NCBI GenBank assembly: GCA_951406725.2
Contig: OX597820.1
Span: 103,850,001 to 103,914,000 of the forward strand
DNA: 64,000 nt
Direction of reading: 5' to 3'
Source: Octopus vulgaris
Taxonomy: Eukaryota
Shown here: piece by piece, positions 50,636 to 63,964 of the stretch
Layout: each line of letters starts with the position of its first letter
How positions within the stretch are numbered: the first letter of the stretch is position 1
Program-made: the position numbers and the translations under genes
The notes under the pieces: model-generated
What the model saw: the letters and a program-made list of their open reading frames with translations, nothing else
Database searches by the model: none
What the model was told of the DNA's origin: nothing

Positions 50636-50889
50636 ATCCAAACAAGAAAACACAGAAAAAAACACAGCAACGCGAGGACGTGGAACAATTAAAGTATTAT
50701 TTGACGCTCAGGAAAGAAGGGAAGGAGGGTTTAACGTTTCGAGCGGAGCTCTTCGTCGGAAACAAAGGAGAAGGAAAGATCCCGAGAAGGGAAGACAGAA
50801 TACTGTACAGTACTGTTTCTATTTCGCGGATGTTCACCTATCGCGGTGATTTTTGGAAGGTAACACTCGCGATAGTCGAGGGATTACTC
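50478..50889. mobile_element. Tc1/pogo-type MITE interrupted by a hammerhead-bearing PLE-like fragment (about 50600-50800)
   Basis: TA-CAGTAATCCCTCG ... CGAGGGATTACTC-TA. Confidence 0.75.
50729..50763 (-). ncRNA. Minimal hammerhead motif, GAGC family (identical copy at 55708-55742; variant at 16788-16823)
   Basis: GUUU CCGACGA A GAGC-UCC-GCUC GAAA CGU U AAAC, with palindromic ACGU stem III and a U4C core variant. Confidence 0.55.
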
Positions 50890-51123
50890 TATAAATGTTT
50901 CTCTGAGTTCAAATTCCGCCGAGATCGACTTTACCGTTAATCCTTTCGGGGTTGGTGAAATAAGTACCAGTGAAGCACTGGGGTCGATATAATCGGCTAG
51001 CCCTCATTCCCCCAATTTTCAGGCCTTGTGCCTTTAGAAGAAGGGATTATACACTTCTGCATTTTTTGTTTATACGGTGTTACTTTTGTATATATTTTGT
51101 TCGAAATTCGAGTTAGTTATTTT

Positions 51124-52223
51124 GGTCAATATACAGTTTTAAAAAAAACAGCCTACTAGACGTGAAGAAATATGTAGAAACGAATATGAAAATAAGAATT
51201 CGCGCAAACGAACGGGGTGGGGAGAGGACTTTCGGAAAATTCACAAGATCCGATTTTTCCTTCATAACTTTCAGGAAAATGGATATATATTCGTGAAATT
51301 TTATGGAAATACCGTTCAAATGGCACAAATTACGATTATAAAGAAATTTGTGGGGAAAATGTGGGGAGAGGGCATTGAAACAACAATGCGAAAATACCTC
51401 ACTCTAACAATTTTGTAGATAGCCCCCAGAGAAAATAGACACACATTGAAAGACTTTGGAGAGACATTTGCTCGGAAAACATTTTCTCCAAAAATTTCTT
51501 TATAATCGTAATCTATGCTGTTTGAAAGGTGTTTCTGTAAAATTTCATGAAAAGATATCCATTTTCCTGAAAGTTATGTGGGGATCGTGTGAATTTTCCG
51601 AAAGCCCTCTCCTCCACCCACTCCCCGTTCGTTTGCGCAAATTTTTGTTTTCATATTCGTTTTCTACAGGTTTTTTTTTTTTTACACCTGTTAGACTGGT
51701 TTCTTTTTTTTTTTTTTCATTTTGGTGACCGGGCACTAAACTAGATCCTGAAAGTTATGAGGGGAAAAAACGGATTGTGTGAATTTTCCGACAGCCCTCT
51801 TCTCACCCTTTCGGAGAACATTTTCCCCACAAATTTCTTTATAATCGTAATCTGTACTATTTGAAAGGTGTTTCTGTAAAATTTCATTAAAAGATATCCA
51901 TTTTCCTTAAAGTAATAAGGGAAAAAATTCGGATCGTGTGAATTTTCCGAAATCCTTTCCCACTCCTTCGGAAAATTTTTCCCCACAAATTTCTTTATAA
52001 TTGTAATTTGTGCCATTTGAACGGTATTTCTATGAAATTTCATTAATATATATCCATTTTTCTGAAAGTTATGAGGGGAAAATCGGATCTTGTGAATTTT
52101 CCGAAAGTCCCCTCCCCACACACACACACACACCGTTCGTTTGCGCAAGTTTTTGTTTTCAAATTAGTTTTCTACGCATTTTTTTACACCTTGTAGGCTG
52201 TTTTTTAAACTATATATTGACCG
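51124..52223. mobile_element. Foldback-like element with internal repeats of about 160 bp (fragments also at about 54195-54410 and 57550-57730)
   Basis: 51124-51370 is an imperfect reverse complement of about 51975-52223, and the unit AAATTTCTTTATAATCGTAAT..TGTGAATTTTCCGA is repeated. Confidence 0.65.
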
Positions 52224-52534
52224 TTATTTTTTTTGAAAATGTAAGTTTTATACTACTGTTTTTTTTTTCTGTTTTGTTCAACGTCCTCTCATATTCTTAT
52301 AGGCAACAAGTCTTATTTCTGTTTTTCTTTAAACGTTATTCTACTTAACCCTTTCACACAGAAATGAAATTGCAATACTATTCCAGTAATGACGTTAACT
52401 ATCTACCAAAAAATAGGATTGGTATTTTCTTCAAGTTACGTTGCCTCAATAAACTTGACATATCCCAAAGAAAAATAGTGTCAAACATGATATTCTTCAA
52501 CAAGAGGTAGATTGCTATATAAAATTGCTTTCCG

Positions 52535-53222
52535 CAGGGTTCTCAGCCATTTTAAATCTATGAACCCCTTTGATTACTATTCGGCGCCAGTTCAAAGTAT
52601 GTTTACATCATTCAAATATATCAAGTTATATACTTTGCATTCAAATATATTTAAATAAAAAGCCTACAGTTTGTTTTTGAGATTATATTAGAGAAAGAAC
52701 TTTGAGCACCTTTTCAAACTCCACCTGTCTAACACCCGTGGACATGTTTACAAAGTCAGAAAACAGCACAGCTCCCATAACTTTGTAAACATTTTTTCAC
52801 GTTAAGAGTTGCTGAAGTATGGAACAAACTACCAGCATCAGTTGTTAGTTGTCGGAGCACTACATCCTTCAAAACTTCCATGCTTCCTGAGATTCGCCAA
52901 CACTACACCTGATTTCCCCCCCGCCATACACACGCAAGCATGTCTCTGACTCATACACTGTTCGCTTTACATTACTGCATATGTTTTATACGCACTTTTG
53001 ACAAGTTGTGGTGCACCTGAGCACTGTATACAATAATTTCATTTTTATTATTTTAAGAAAGCAGTTGTTTCTTGCAGTACATACCAATACATACATTTAA
53101 AGCGATTTTTTTTTCAGGGGTCCTTAAAATACTAACGTGGATCCCCAGATTTACTATTTTGTTGAGTTAGGCCCCCCTGCCCCGAAAAAAAATCTTATAC
53201 GGAACCCTGTTGAGAACCACTG
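52535..53222. mobile_element. hAT-like MITE remnant interrupted by a CR1-type LINE 3' end (about 52695-53050, +)
   Basis: Ends CAGGGTTCTCAGC / GTTGAGAACCACTG. Internal HFFTLRVAEVWNKLPASVV. Confidence 0.6.
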
Positions 53223-53970
53223 GGTTAATAGATTATTCTTATATTAGTGTATGTTTTCCTACTTATTCTTGGCCAACTACGCGTTTTTTCTTCTCTTTTA
53301 GTATTCTGTAATTTTTCTTTGCTACTCTTAATGTCTGCTACTTTTAATTATAACCGTAATTTTCCTTATTAAATATACTACCTAATTCATACATTCAATT
53401 TTTCTTCAGATTCTCTTCCCAAAGCTAACCAAAGATAATACTAATATACAGAATATTCCTTTTCTATTCTTCTTATTAGAATGTACTCGATTTATTTCCC
53501 TTTAATTGACTTCCAAATATGCTTTGTCAGGGGATTAGTTTTTCCAGATTTGGCAACATTTTGAAACGTCTAATTCTTAGAACGACAGTAAATGAATAGA
53601 TATACTAGAAATCAGTTCATTCGATCGCTTATTAAACTGTTTGAATGATATCTGATTTTCAAATTCGATCTCCTGATAACACAGTTTACTGTATTCAGTA
53701 TTCATTCACTGAACGATTTCAACTTTTGATTTCTTTTCTTAAAGCACACTTCATTACATATCTTTTGGTTTATTCTCACTTTTTGTGTAGGTAAAAGATA
53801 CCCCAATAAGAAAAATACCCTGCAACACTCCAGTTAACGTAAAACAATAAAAAATTGGAGATTGAGTTACACAAAAAAAATTTCGTTCTAGCTAACGATT
53901 CCTTATTAGGGATTGGGGTTAATGTTTGCTTTAACTCCCGGTCACCAAAAAAAAAGGAGAAAAATATGTA

Positions 53971-54191
53971 ACCCTTTCGTTACTGTATTTATTTTGAGAT
54001 GCTCTGTGTTTCTTTCAATTACTTTGAATATAACAATGAATTTAGTAAAATAACTTAGTTATCTTTCAGCTGGTGTTAGGAACATAAATTGTGACTAAAG
54101 TTTGGTGGAAGATTTTAATTCAGAACTTATGAAAATAAGACATTTGTACTCAGAGCCAGAGCCGGTTTCAGCCGGGTTGGTATCAAAAGGG
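53971..54191. mobile_element. piggyBac-like MITE
   Basis: (g)TAA-CCCTTTCGTTAC ... GTATCAAAAGGG-TGAA, with degenerate TTAA sites. Confidence 0.55.
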
Positions 54192-55342
54192 TGAATATGA
54201 AAGCAAAAATTTGCGCCATCGAATCGGGGTGGGAGAGAACTTTCGGAAAATTCACAAGATCCGATTTTTTCCCTCATATCTTTTAGGAAAATGGATATCT
54301 TTTGATGAAATTTTATATAAATCCCTTTCAAACGGCAAAGATTATGATAATAAAGAAATTTGTAAGGAATTTTTTTCCGAGAGAGTGGGGAGAGGACTTT
54401 CGAAGAGAGAGAAATTCATAAATTATTTTTTTGCTTGAGTGTAAGGGAAAAAAGTTTGAAAAAGGTTTTGGAAATGATCCCAACGGTGGAGATGTGCTAA
54501 AATCAACAGCTAAATCGCCCTTAACTTTTTTTTTCTATAGTGAAACCATATTCAACACTGTATTTGTGAATTTGTTTCTCTCACCATAATACATGGGATC
54601 TTTTTATAAACCTTTTTCTATTACTCAAACGAAAAATAAATGAATCTAAAACTTTTCTTTTATCTAACTTATTTCCATTACACTCAAGCAAAAAAAAAAA
54701 ATATAAAAATAATAGTAATAATTTATGAATTTCTTTTTCTTCAAAATTTATGAATTTCTTTTACATCACCTCGGAAAAAATTTCCCCCACAATTTTTGAA
54801 ACACACACACGTAGTAAAAAAAATAGATCAAAGGTCCTTCTCGAACTATAGACTCATAAAGCCGCTTTTCTTGATTCTTCAGCGTAGTCATTCCAAGTCC
54901 CTGAACAGGAATCCGGTCCTTCGCAGTATTACCCATGTATGGCTGCTTAGTGAACTGGAGCAACGTGAAATGAAGTGTTTTGCTCAAGAACACAACGCAT
55001 CGTCCGGTCCAGGAATCGAAACCACAATTTTACGATCATGAATGCAACGCCCTAACCACTAAGCCATGCGCTGTCGCTATGTACGTATGGCTTTGTGTTT
55101 GCCTCCCCTCCCCACCATCACCACCGCTTAGCAACAGTGTTGGCTTGTTTACGTGTCCATAACATAGCGGCTCGGTAAAAGGACTGATAGAATAAGTACC
55201 AGGTTTTATGAAAAAAATATGGGGAAACAGAAAAAAGAAAAATACTGGGGTCAATTCGTTCGGCTAAAACCCATCTGCATGATGGCAGTTCAATGACTGA
55301 AATCGATCAAATACAAAAGAAGGAAAAGAATCATATTTTCTA

Positions 55343-55970
55343 TACTCTTTTACTTGTTTCAGTCATTTGACTGCAGCCATGCTGGAGCACCACCTTTAGT
55401 CGAGCAAATCGACTCCGGGATTTATTCTTTGTAAGCCCATTACTTATTCTATCGATCTCTTTTGCCGAACCGCTAAGTGCCGAAGACGTAAACACGCCAG
55501 CATCGGTTGTCAAGAAATGCTAGAGGAACAAACACAGAGGCACAAACATACACACACGCACACATATATATATATATATATGTGTGTATGTGTGTATGTA
55601 TGTATATATATATATAAAGTTAATCCAAACATGAAAGCACAAAAAACACAACAAAGCGAGGACGTGGAACAAATATAGTATTATTGGACGCTCAGAAAAG
55701 AAGGAGGGTTTAACGTTTCGAGCGGAGCTCTTCGTCGGAAACATAGGAGAAGGGAAGATAGAGGGAAAAAAATCGCCAACGGTACACACGCGGTCACATT
55801 TTGAATACGACGGGCTTCTTTCAGTTTCCGTCTACCAAATCCACTCACACGGCTTTGGTCGGTCCGAGGCTATAGTAGAAGACACTTGCCCAAGATGCCA
55901 CGCAGTGGGACTGAACCCGGATCCATGTGGTTGGTAAGCAAGCTACTTACCATACAGCCACTCCTGCACC
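55343..55970 (-). mobile_element. SINE family A with a hammerhead-bearing fragment (about 55615-55805) inserted in its microsatellite
   Basis: Both SINE halves are colinear around the insert. Confidence 0.8.
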
Positions 55971-56338
55971 TGTCGATTTTTTTTTTTTTTTAAATTTCAC
56001 CCCAAAATTCCATTGCTGTCATACTTTTGCTTTTTTATAAAACCTTACTCTATACGGCATAGAAAGTAGATAGGCGAACTTTAGTTTAAATGAACTTTAG
56101 TTTAAATGAAACCAGTACAAATCGACATAATTCGAGCCAAATCGAGTTTTACGTTTTATTTAGCGAAGGTGTGGCAACAGACAGCTATGATAGAGAGAAG
56201 AGAAGTGAAAGCAAGAGAGAGTTTGATCCATTCATATATTTGAAATTATTGTATTATAGACATATAAGACGTGGCTATGTGATAAGAAGCCTAGTAAGTG
56301 GATTTGGTAGGCGGGAACTGAAAGAAGCCCGTCTTATT

Positions 56339-56391
<53 letters not shown>

Positions 56392-56599
56392 CATCATTAT
56401 CATCATCATCATTTAACGTCCGTTTTCCATGCTAGCATGGGTTGAACGGTTTTGACTGAGGGCTGGCTGCACCAGGCCCCAGTCTTGAACTGGCAGAGTT
56501 TCTACAGCTGGATGCCTATCCTAACGCCAACCACTCCGAGAGTGTAGTGGGTGATTTTTACGTGCCACCTGCACGGGGGCCAGTTAGGCGGTACTGGCA

Positions 56600-56829
56600 T
56601 GGCGAGTTGGCAGAACCGTTAGCACACCGGGCGAAATGCTTAGCGCTATTTCCTCTGCCGTTACGTTCTGAGTTCGAATTCCGCCGAGGTCGACTTTGCC
56701 TTTCATCCTTTCGGGGTCGATAAATTAAGTACCATTTACACACTGGGGTCGATGTAATCGACTTAATCCCTTTGTCTTGTCCTTGTTTGTCCCCTCTATG
56801 TTTAGCCCCTTGTGGGTAATAAAGAAATA
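56600..56829 (+). mobile_element. SINE family B, full length, nested in a family C element
   Basis: 10-bp TSD GGTACTGGCA (56590-56599 and 56830-56839), A box TGGCAGAACCGTTAG, B box GAGTTCGAATTCC. Confidence 0.88.
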
Positions 56830-57984
56830 GGTACTGGCAATGACCTCGCTCGAATCTTTTTACACGTGCCCACCGGCACAGGTGCCGGTGAAGCGACGTT
56901 GGTAACGATCACGCTCGAATGGTGCCCTTTTACGTGCCACGGGTACGGAAGCCAGTTGGCTACTCTGGCAATGATCACGCTCGGATGGTGCTCTTGGCAC
57001 CCTACTAGCACAGGCATAAGTGCCAGTAAGGCGACGCTGGTAACGATCATACTCGAATAGCCGCTCTGTCAACGATCACACTCCTATGGTGCTCTTCGCA
57101 TCCCGCTAGCACGGATGCCAGTCATCGAAGTGATTTTGATTTTGATTTGATTTCACTTGCTTCAACAGGTCTTCGTAAGCAAAGTTTAGTGACCAAAGAA
57201 GGAAAAGCTACGCATAAGCATATATATAAAGTTAATCCAAACATGAAAACACAAAAAGAAAACACAACGCGAGGACGTGAAACAAATATGGTGTTATTGG
57301 ACGCTCAGGAAAGGATGTGTGTGTGTTTCTTTGTTTTCTGTGTTTGTCCCCCCACCATCGCTTAACTAACGATGTTTGTGAGCTTACATCTCTCTAACTT
57401 AGAGGTTCGGCAAAAGAGACTGATAGGATAAATATTAGGCTTATAAAGAATAAGTCTTTGGATTAATTTTTTCAACTAAAACCTTTTTAAGATGTGTGTG
57501 TGTGTGTGTACACATACATGTATGTACGCATATGATATACGTGTGTAATCTACACACTCTGAAAGGTATTCGTAAAAAATACCCATTTTACTGAAAGTTA
57601 TAAGAAAACAAAGCTGACTTGTGTAAATATTCCGAAACTCCTCTCTCCACTCACGGTAAAAAAAACAAAAGTTTTCACGAGGAATTTTTATATAATCGGA
57701 ATCTACGCCATCCGAAGCGTATCTGTTCAAAAAGCGAGCTTGTGCGCGAGCGCGTGGTTTGTGTGAGTGTGTATAGGAATGAGGGGGCGTACTTTACTGT
57801 TGAGGAAAGAATGAACCAAAAAAAGAAAACTAATGTGCTTCATCCGGCAAAAGTTAAATATTAACTCATGAATATTGCAGAATTGTACACGCGACGCGAT
57901 TCGAGCCCGCCTGAATATTGTAACTGTCAGCTACAAGTTCAGGTTGCACTGGTCGTCGTCAGGCAAAAAAAAAAAAAAAAACTG

Positions 57985-58112
57985 CTAATGTATCGGCCGC
58001 TCTCCGATAGGTTTATGGTTGAGACCTCCGGCGTTCTTGGGCCCCGGACCATATCCCTGCTCACCGCTATCGGGACAGAGATCGCTGTTCGCAAGGGCGA
58101 GCCCCGTCAAGT
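57985..58112 (+). pseudogene. Restriction-like-endonuclease non-LTR (CRE-like) C-terminal fragment
   Basis: FMVETSGVLGPRTISLLTAIGTEIAVRKGEPR matches the 'vET.G.wG..a..f...ig......g.pr' pattern. Confidence 0.5.
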
Positions 58113-58113
58113 A

Positions 58114-59486
58114 AGGTACTACTAAAGAAGAGGGCGTAACTTCGGTATAAGTACTGGAAGTACCGGATATATTTCAAGAGTCTTTTTTTATATATATGGA
58201 GGGGGTTAGGGGTGGGAGAAAAGGGTTTCTGTTATCTTCAGAAATGTAAACAAAGCCACTTCCGGTACTTGCGGTACTTATACCGAAGGATCGCCTTAGG
58301 CGATTTTTCGTCGATTTCCGTAAAAAACTTCTTTTTTTACATAAGGGCTTGCGGGAACTTTTGAAATAATGAGAGCGAAAGAGACTAAGAGAAAGCGATT
58401 GTATGACGAGGGAAGTTCTTTTGAAGTTACCGTGCATGGGAGCATTGATGTACATGCTGTGTGTGTGTGTGTTTGATGGGGTGTGGGAGACAGTATGTTG
58501 TGTAAGTGAAGTGCTTCTGTTAGTGTGTGTGAAGAGACAGAGAGAGTAATGTGTGAAAGAAAGAGATAACTGAAATTTTTTACTCGGTGTATGTGTATAT
58601 GTATGTATGCATGTATGTGTGTGTGTGACCAGCGATATGTAGCAAAAGTTTTAAGTCAAACGGAAAACACATCAATTGATTTAGCAAAGCCATGTTGATT
58701 CTTAAGTCTGGATGAGTTCGTGTGCCGTGGGGAGAAGAGGAATTTGGCATTTCGGAACTGTCCCTTCGTCTCAAAACAACACAAATCACTGTACTGACTA
58801 GACTGTCGGATGTTGCTACATATCGCTGGTCACAATGCGCTTCCTCGCATTGTTGTAGCTTCTGAGTGATGCCACCCTGAGGCTAGACGGGTAGGGTTGC
58901 CCATTTAAAACTGTGTCGATCGTAGTAACGTGAAACGAAGCCTTTTGCTCAAAGCCTTTTCCTTTGCATGCAACTCTTTTCTCACGAGAAGAATATCTCC
59001 TCCTCATTTTATAACTCTCCCGTCTTTTTCTTACTATTTCACCATCGTCACATCAACAGAGACATTGAGGCTGCACAGTAGCAGTCGACAAGACATGTAT
59101 AACGATTAAATTAAAAAAATTTTGTCTATATCTTCGATCACTGTCATTATTCCATTGAGTCAACCTCATTATTTTCTACATAGCAGACCGTTACATAAAC
59201 AGGCAAAGGTAATCTTTCGTTTTAACTCGCAATAATGTAAACATTGAATCGGCCATACATACACACACATACGCACATACATACACACACACATACATAC
59301 ACACACACACATACATAGATACATACACACACACACATACATGCATACATACATATACACACACACCGAGTAAAAAATTTCAGTTATCTCTCTCTTTCAC
59401 ACATTACTCTCTCTCTGTCTCTTCACACACACTAACAGAAGCACTTCACTTACACAACATACTTTCTGTCTCCCACACCCCATCAA

Positions 59487-59517
<31 letters not shown>

Positions 59518-59812
59518 CATCAATGCTCCCATGCACGGTAACTTCAAAAGAACTTCCCTCGTCATACAATCGCTTTCTCTTAGTCTCTTTCGCTCTCATT
59601 ACTTCAAAAGTTCCCGCAAGCCCATATGTAAAAAAAAAGAAGTTTTTTACGGAAATCGACGGAAAGGTCTACTAGAGACGAAAGATTGCCAAATTACTTA
59701 TTTTGTGTTTTATTTACTTTGCTAGGTAGTCGTTGTAAGATCGACTAGTCACGACTAGCTAGCGCTGATGCACGAGTGCGCGCGCCGGGACCACTCTTCT
59801 TAAGTAGTACCT
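58114..59812. mobile_element. Non-autonomous foldback/TIR element
   Basis: Terminal IR AGGTACTACT(A/T)AAGAAGAG and internal inverted arms of about 290 bp (58309-58590 and 59363-59661). Confidence 0.8.
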
Positions 59813-60200
59813 ATTTCTTTACTACCCACAAGGGGCTAAACACAGACGGGACAAACAAGGACAGACAAACCGATTAAGTAGATTACATCGACCCCAGTGC
59901 GTAACTGGTACTTATTTAATCGACCCCGAAAGGATGAAAGGCAAAGTCGACCTCGGCGGATTTGAACTCAGAACGTAGCGGCAGACGAAATACGTATTTT
60001 TTTACTACCCCCAAGGGGCTAAACACAGAGGGGACAAACATCGACAGACATAGGTATTAAGTCGATTATATCGACCTCAGTGCTTAACTGGTACTTAATT
60101 TATCGACCCCGAAAGGATGAAAGGCAAAGTCGACCTCGGCGGATTTGAACTCAGAACGTAGCGGCAGACGAAATACGGCTACGCATTTCTACCAGCTCGC
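59810..60200 (-). mobile_element. SINE family B tandem dimer (other copies at about 12495-12690, 32310-32485, 46290-46780, 50900-51050, 62619-63020)
   Basis: Same body sequence as 56600-56829. Confidence 0.85.
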
Positions 60201-61122
60201 CCGTCGAGTAAGAGTATCTGTTCCAGCGCATCTCCCTCGCTATTCTCCGGAGCAACGGCTTTTCCATTTTGTCTAATGGGATCATGAGCAATGTTTCTGT
60301 ATTGTGAAAAGCAGTAATTAACTGAATGACTGATCATAGATTAATTGTAACTTATCCGAAGAGGAATCTTAAAAAGGGCGTCCCGTTGGATCGATCACAT
60401 TTTTTGTTTTTGCTTTGTATTCTACCATCAACGGAACAATACACTGTTTAGCTCCAACACGTTTACACCACAAATTCATATTTCACATATGAACTGGCAT
60501 CATAGCCACGACAATTTAAGCTGAAACCTCCTAGAATTCTACCAAAACAATATGCAAAATCGGATTTTTACGGGCCAAAAAAACTTTCTATAGTCTGTCT
60601 GTCTGTCTGTATGCATGCATGCATGCATGCATGTATGTATGTATGTATGTATGTATGTATGTATGTATGTATGTATGTATGTATGTATGTATGTATGAAT
60701 GAATGAATGTATGCATGCATGCCCCTCCCCTTTGGACTTTCTTCAATACATCCAACGAAGGGTTATGCTCCAAACATCTTTACATTTAATTTTCCCGCTT
60801 CGAGTCAAACTAGTTACATTCACTGTGAACGTCCTTGTGCTTTTGTTGTTTTTGAATTTTCTTGTAGAAGTTGTTTACGTGTTACAACGTCCCACTTTGA
60901 CCTACTCTCTCTCTCTTTCTCCTCCCATCTCTCTCTTTCTCTTCCCCCCTCTCTCTCTCTCTCACACACGCATACACACACAAGCACTTTGTTTGTTTCC
61001 GTCCGTATAGGCTTATTTTCATATCGATAAGTTTGCAAGTGAGCTTTAAAGAAGCTGGCTGCATTAGTAAATATTTTACTATTTTCTATCATATCATTGT
61101 GGATTTAATTAAAAATTTCGAT

Positions 61123-61821
61123 ATGGATGCCGAGTTTGAGAGTTACGAAAATATGTGTGATGAGGATTTGCCACCCAGTGCATGGGTTCATTTTAAGAAA
61201 GTAATTTCTGCACATATCTCACTTTCAAACAGCGATACATTGTTTAGACATTCTATTTTCGGTAAACTATTAGCGCATCTAAGAGGAATAGAGTGCGAAA
61301 ATGCAGCGACTGCTTTTGACAACATGGAATTATACACACGTCTTCTTTATCGATTCCCTTGGAAATATGAATATCGGACTTTAAAAACTTATAATGGATT
61401 TTACAGTACTATGATAGATAACTTGATGCCATGCAATCGTGAAATTTTTAAAATGCTTGGATATACTCCTAATAATGAATCTATTCTTGAAGGAAACGCT
61501 ATTTTAGAGTTAGCTATTGTTCCCACGTCTCAAACTTTGTTAACTATTGGATTTGATTGCCTTGTTGCAAGCGCACAGTGCAAATTGAGACGAAATAAAT
61601 TCAGTCATAATATGCAGTTCAGAACTGTCGATTATGAAACATCAGATAATCACAAACAGTTCACAAAATACAATAAATTATACCTGCAGGAACACGAGTG
61701 GGCTTCTAGTAGTTTAGAAAAGACCTTAAGTATGAGTAAGTACTTAAAAAGCTACAAGAGTGATTTTCACGATAAAAAGAGACAGTCGAAACCGAGGAAT
61801 CAAATGATTTATAATTACTAA
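61123..61821 (+). CDS. SPATA2/tamozhennic-like PUB-domain protein, 232 aa, single coding exon
   Basis: Clean ORF in AT-rich DNA, ATG in GATATGG context. AFDNMELYTRLLYRFPWKYEYRTLKTYNGFY...IFKMLGY matches the SPATA2-family PUB signature. A possible 5' UTR acceptor lies at 61009-61010. Confidence 0.8.
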   Translation: MDAEFESYENMCDEDLPPSAWVHFKKVISAHISLSNSDTLFRHSIFGKLLAHLRGIECENAATAFDNMELYTRLLYRFPWKYEYRTLKTYNGFYSTMIDNLMPCNREIFKMLGYTPNNESILEGNAILELAIVPTSQTLLTIGFDCLVASAQCKLRRNKFSHNMQFRTVDYETSDNHKQFTKYNKLYLQEHEWASSSLEKTLSMSKYLKSYKSDFHDKKRQSKPRNQMIYNY

Positions 61822-62337
61822 TAACGCCAACAAACTATATGTTAAAAATATATTTTTTTATATTAACAGGTTAACTACAAAAAAAAATGTGTGCGTATGT
61901 ATGCGTGCACTGTGCGTGCAAACACAAAATAATGCTAAACGTTGTCATGCACAGACATAAAATAATTGTTATAATTTGCAATATTCAGTGAAAAGGAACA
62001 TGTTTATTGTTGTATGTTCGTTTTTTTTTGTTGTTGTTGTTTTTTTGTCAAATAAGCATACAAACTATATATTCCTTCTCCATTCGTTTATGGCATGACT
62101 TCGCAAGTAAATACCAACTTTTTCGAAGCGACGTTTCTTTTCAATTGCGCTCTTCATTACAGAAATCAACCTAAACTCATACGACTTAAAGCCACAAAAA
62201 GCAGTCCGAGACTTAAGAGTTGATATTGCAAAAACTCCCTATTTATAATTTATTACATAAATTTCTTAATATAAATAAATTAGGTACATATATGAACTGT
62301 TAATCGTGTATTTATGACATAACGTATTTATGACATG

Positions 62338-63240
62338 CTTGATACACTCAGGCAATAACTATTTTCTATGAGCTTGTATATGTATATATTTATGTATATG
62401 TGTGTGATTGTAATAATTATTTGTGACACAACAGATAGAATATGGATGATAAATCAAATTAATACACTTCTCAATGTTATCTAGTGGTTGTATTTTGAGA
62501 TGTGACATCGATCATCGTTAATTACTGAAAGAACACTGGGTAAAAATTTCTTAAATAAATTAAGAACACGAACAAGCTGTTAAATTAAGATGTTTTGTTT
62601 ATAGTATACTTTTCAAAAGGCGGCGAGGAGCTGGCAGAAACGTTAGCACGCCGAGCGAAATGCTTAGCGGTATTGCGTCTGCCGTTACGTTCTGAGTTCA
62701 AACTCCGCCGAGGTCGACTTTGTCTTTCATCCTTTTAGGGTCGATAAATTAAGTATCAGTTACGCACTGGGGTCGATCTAATCGACTTAATCCGTTTGTC
62801 TGTCCTTGTTTAGCCCCTCGTGGGCAATAAAGAAATAAGAAACGTTGGGACGCCGGACGAAATGCTTAGTGTTATTTCGTCTGTCTTTACGTTCTGAGTT
62901 CAAATTTCGCTGAGGTCGACGTTACCATTCGGGGTCGATAAATTAAGTACGTGTTGCGTACTAATCCACTGGCCCTCTCTCCAAAAAATTTCAGGCCTTG
63001 GACCTAGAGTAATAAAGTATTATATACTTTTCAATTGCAGTCGTTTTATATTCTTGATACACTCAGGCAATAATTATTTTCTCTAATGAAATTGTATATG
63101 TTTGTGTGGGTGTGTGTGATTGTAATAATTATTTGTAACAAAACAGAATAGGGATGGTAAATCAAATTAATACACTTGTCAATGTTACCTAGTGGTTGTC
63201 CGTTAAGATGTGACATCAATCATCGTTAATTACTGAAAGA
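62338..63240. repeat. Direct repeat of about 190 bp (about 62338-62532 and 63053-63240) flanking SINE B copies
   Basis: CTTGATACACTCAGGCAATAA...CATCGTTAATTACTGAAAGA is duplicated. Confidence 0.8.
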
Positions 63241-63763
63241 GCGTTGGTTCTCACATGCAAACATTCACATACTTCTCTTGTACACGTACACACATACACA
63301 CATATACTCACACAGAGTTGAAACGCTGTTTGATTTTTCTTTTCAGCGTTGAATGTTCACCATCCCACTACCATTGCACGCACACACACACACAAATACA
63401 CACGCACATTCACATACCTCCCTTTTACATACACACACATATACTCAGAGTTGAAACGCTGTTTGATGTTTTTCACCGTAGAATTTCCATCATCCCACTA
63501 CCACTTTGCCGTTACCTCTTCCTTCCTTATTCATCTATCACCCCTTCCTTTCTCATTCATATGTTGTAACTGAGAAAAACACAAGTGTATTTATTATAGT
63601 AGATCTTTATGAAAAATTTAGATTAATTTTTGCATAGCTTTTGCTCAGCATCGGCAATTATCTGTTTCACAAAAAAAATATTGTAATATTTTCAGATTAT
63701 ATAAAACAGTATTATAAAACAGAGGTTAAAATTCTTTTTAAAAAATGTATTTGCTTTTTTGTT

Positions 63764-63795
<32 letters not shown>

Positions 63796-63824
63796 TGTAT
63801 GTATGCATGTATGTATGGTATGTG

Positions 63825-63964
<140 letters not shown>

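Noticed and set aside
61033-61122. N-terminal extension of the SPATA2-like ORF given in the ORF track
   Set aside because: It starts at TTG. The first ATG, in good context, is at 61123.
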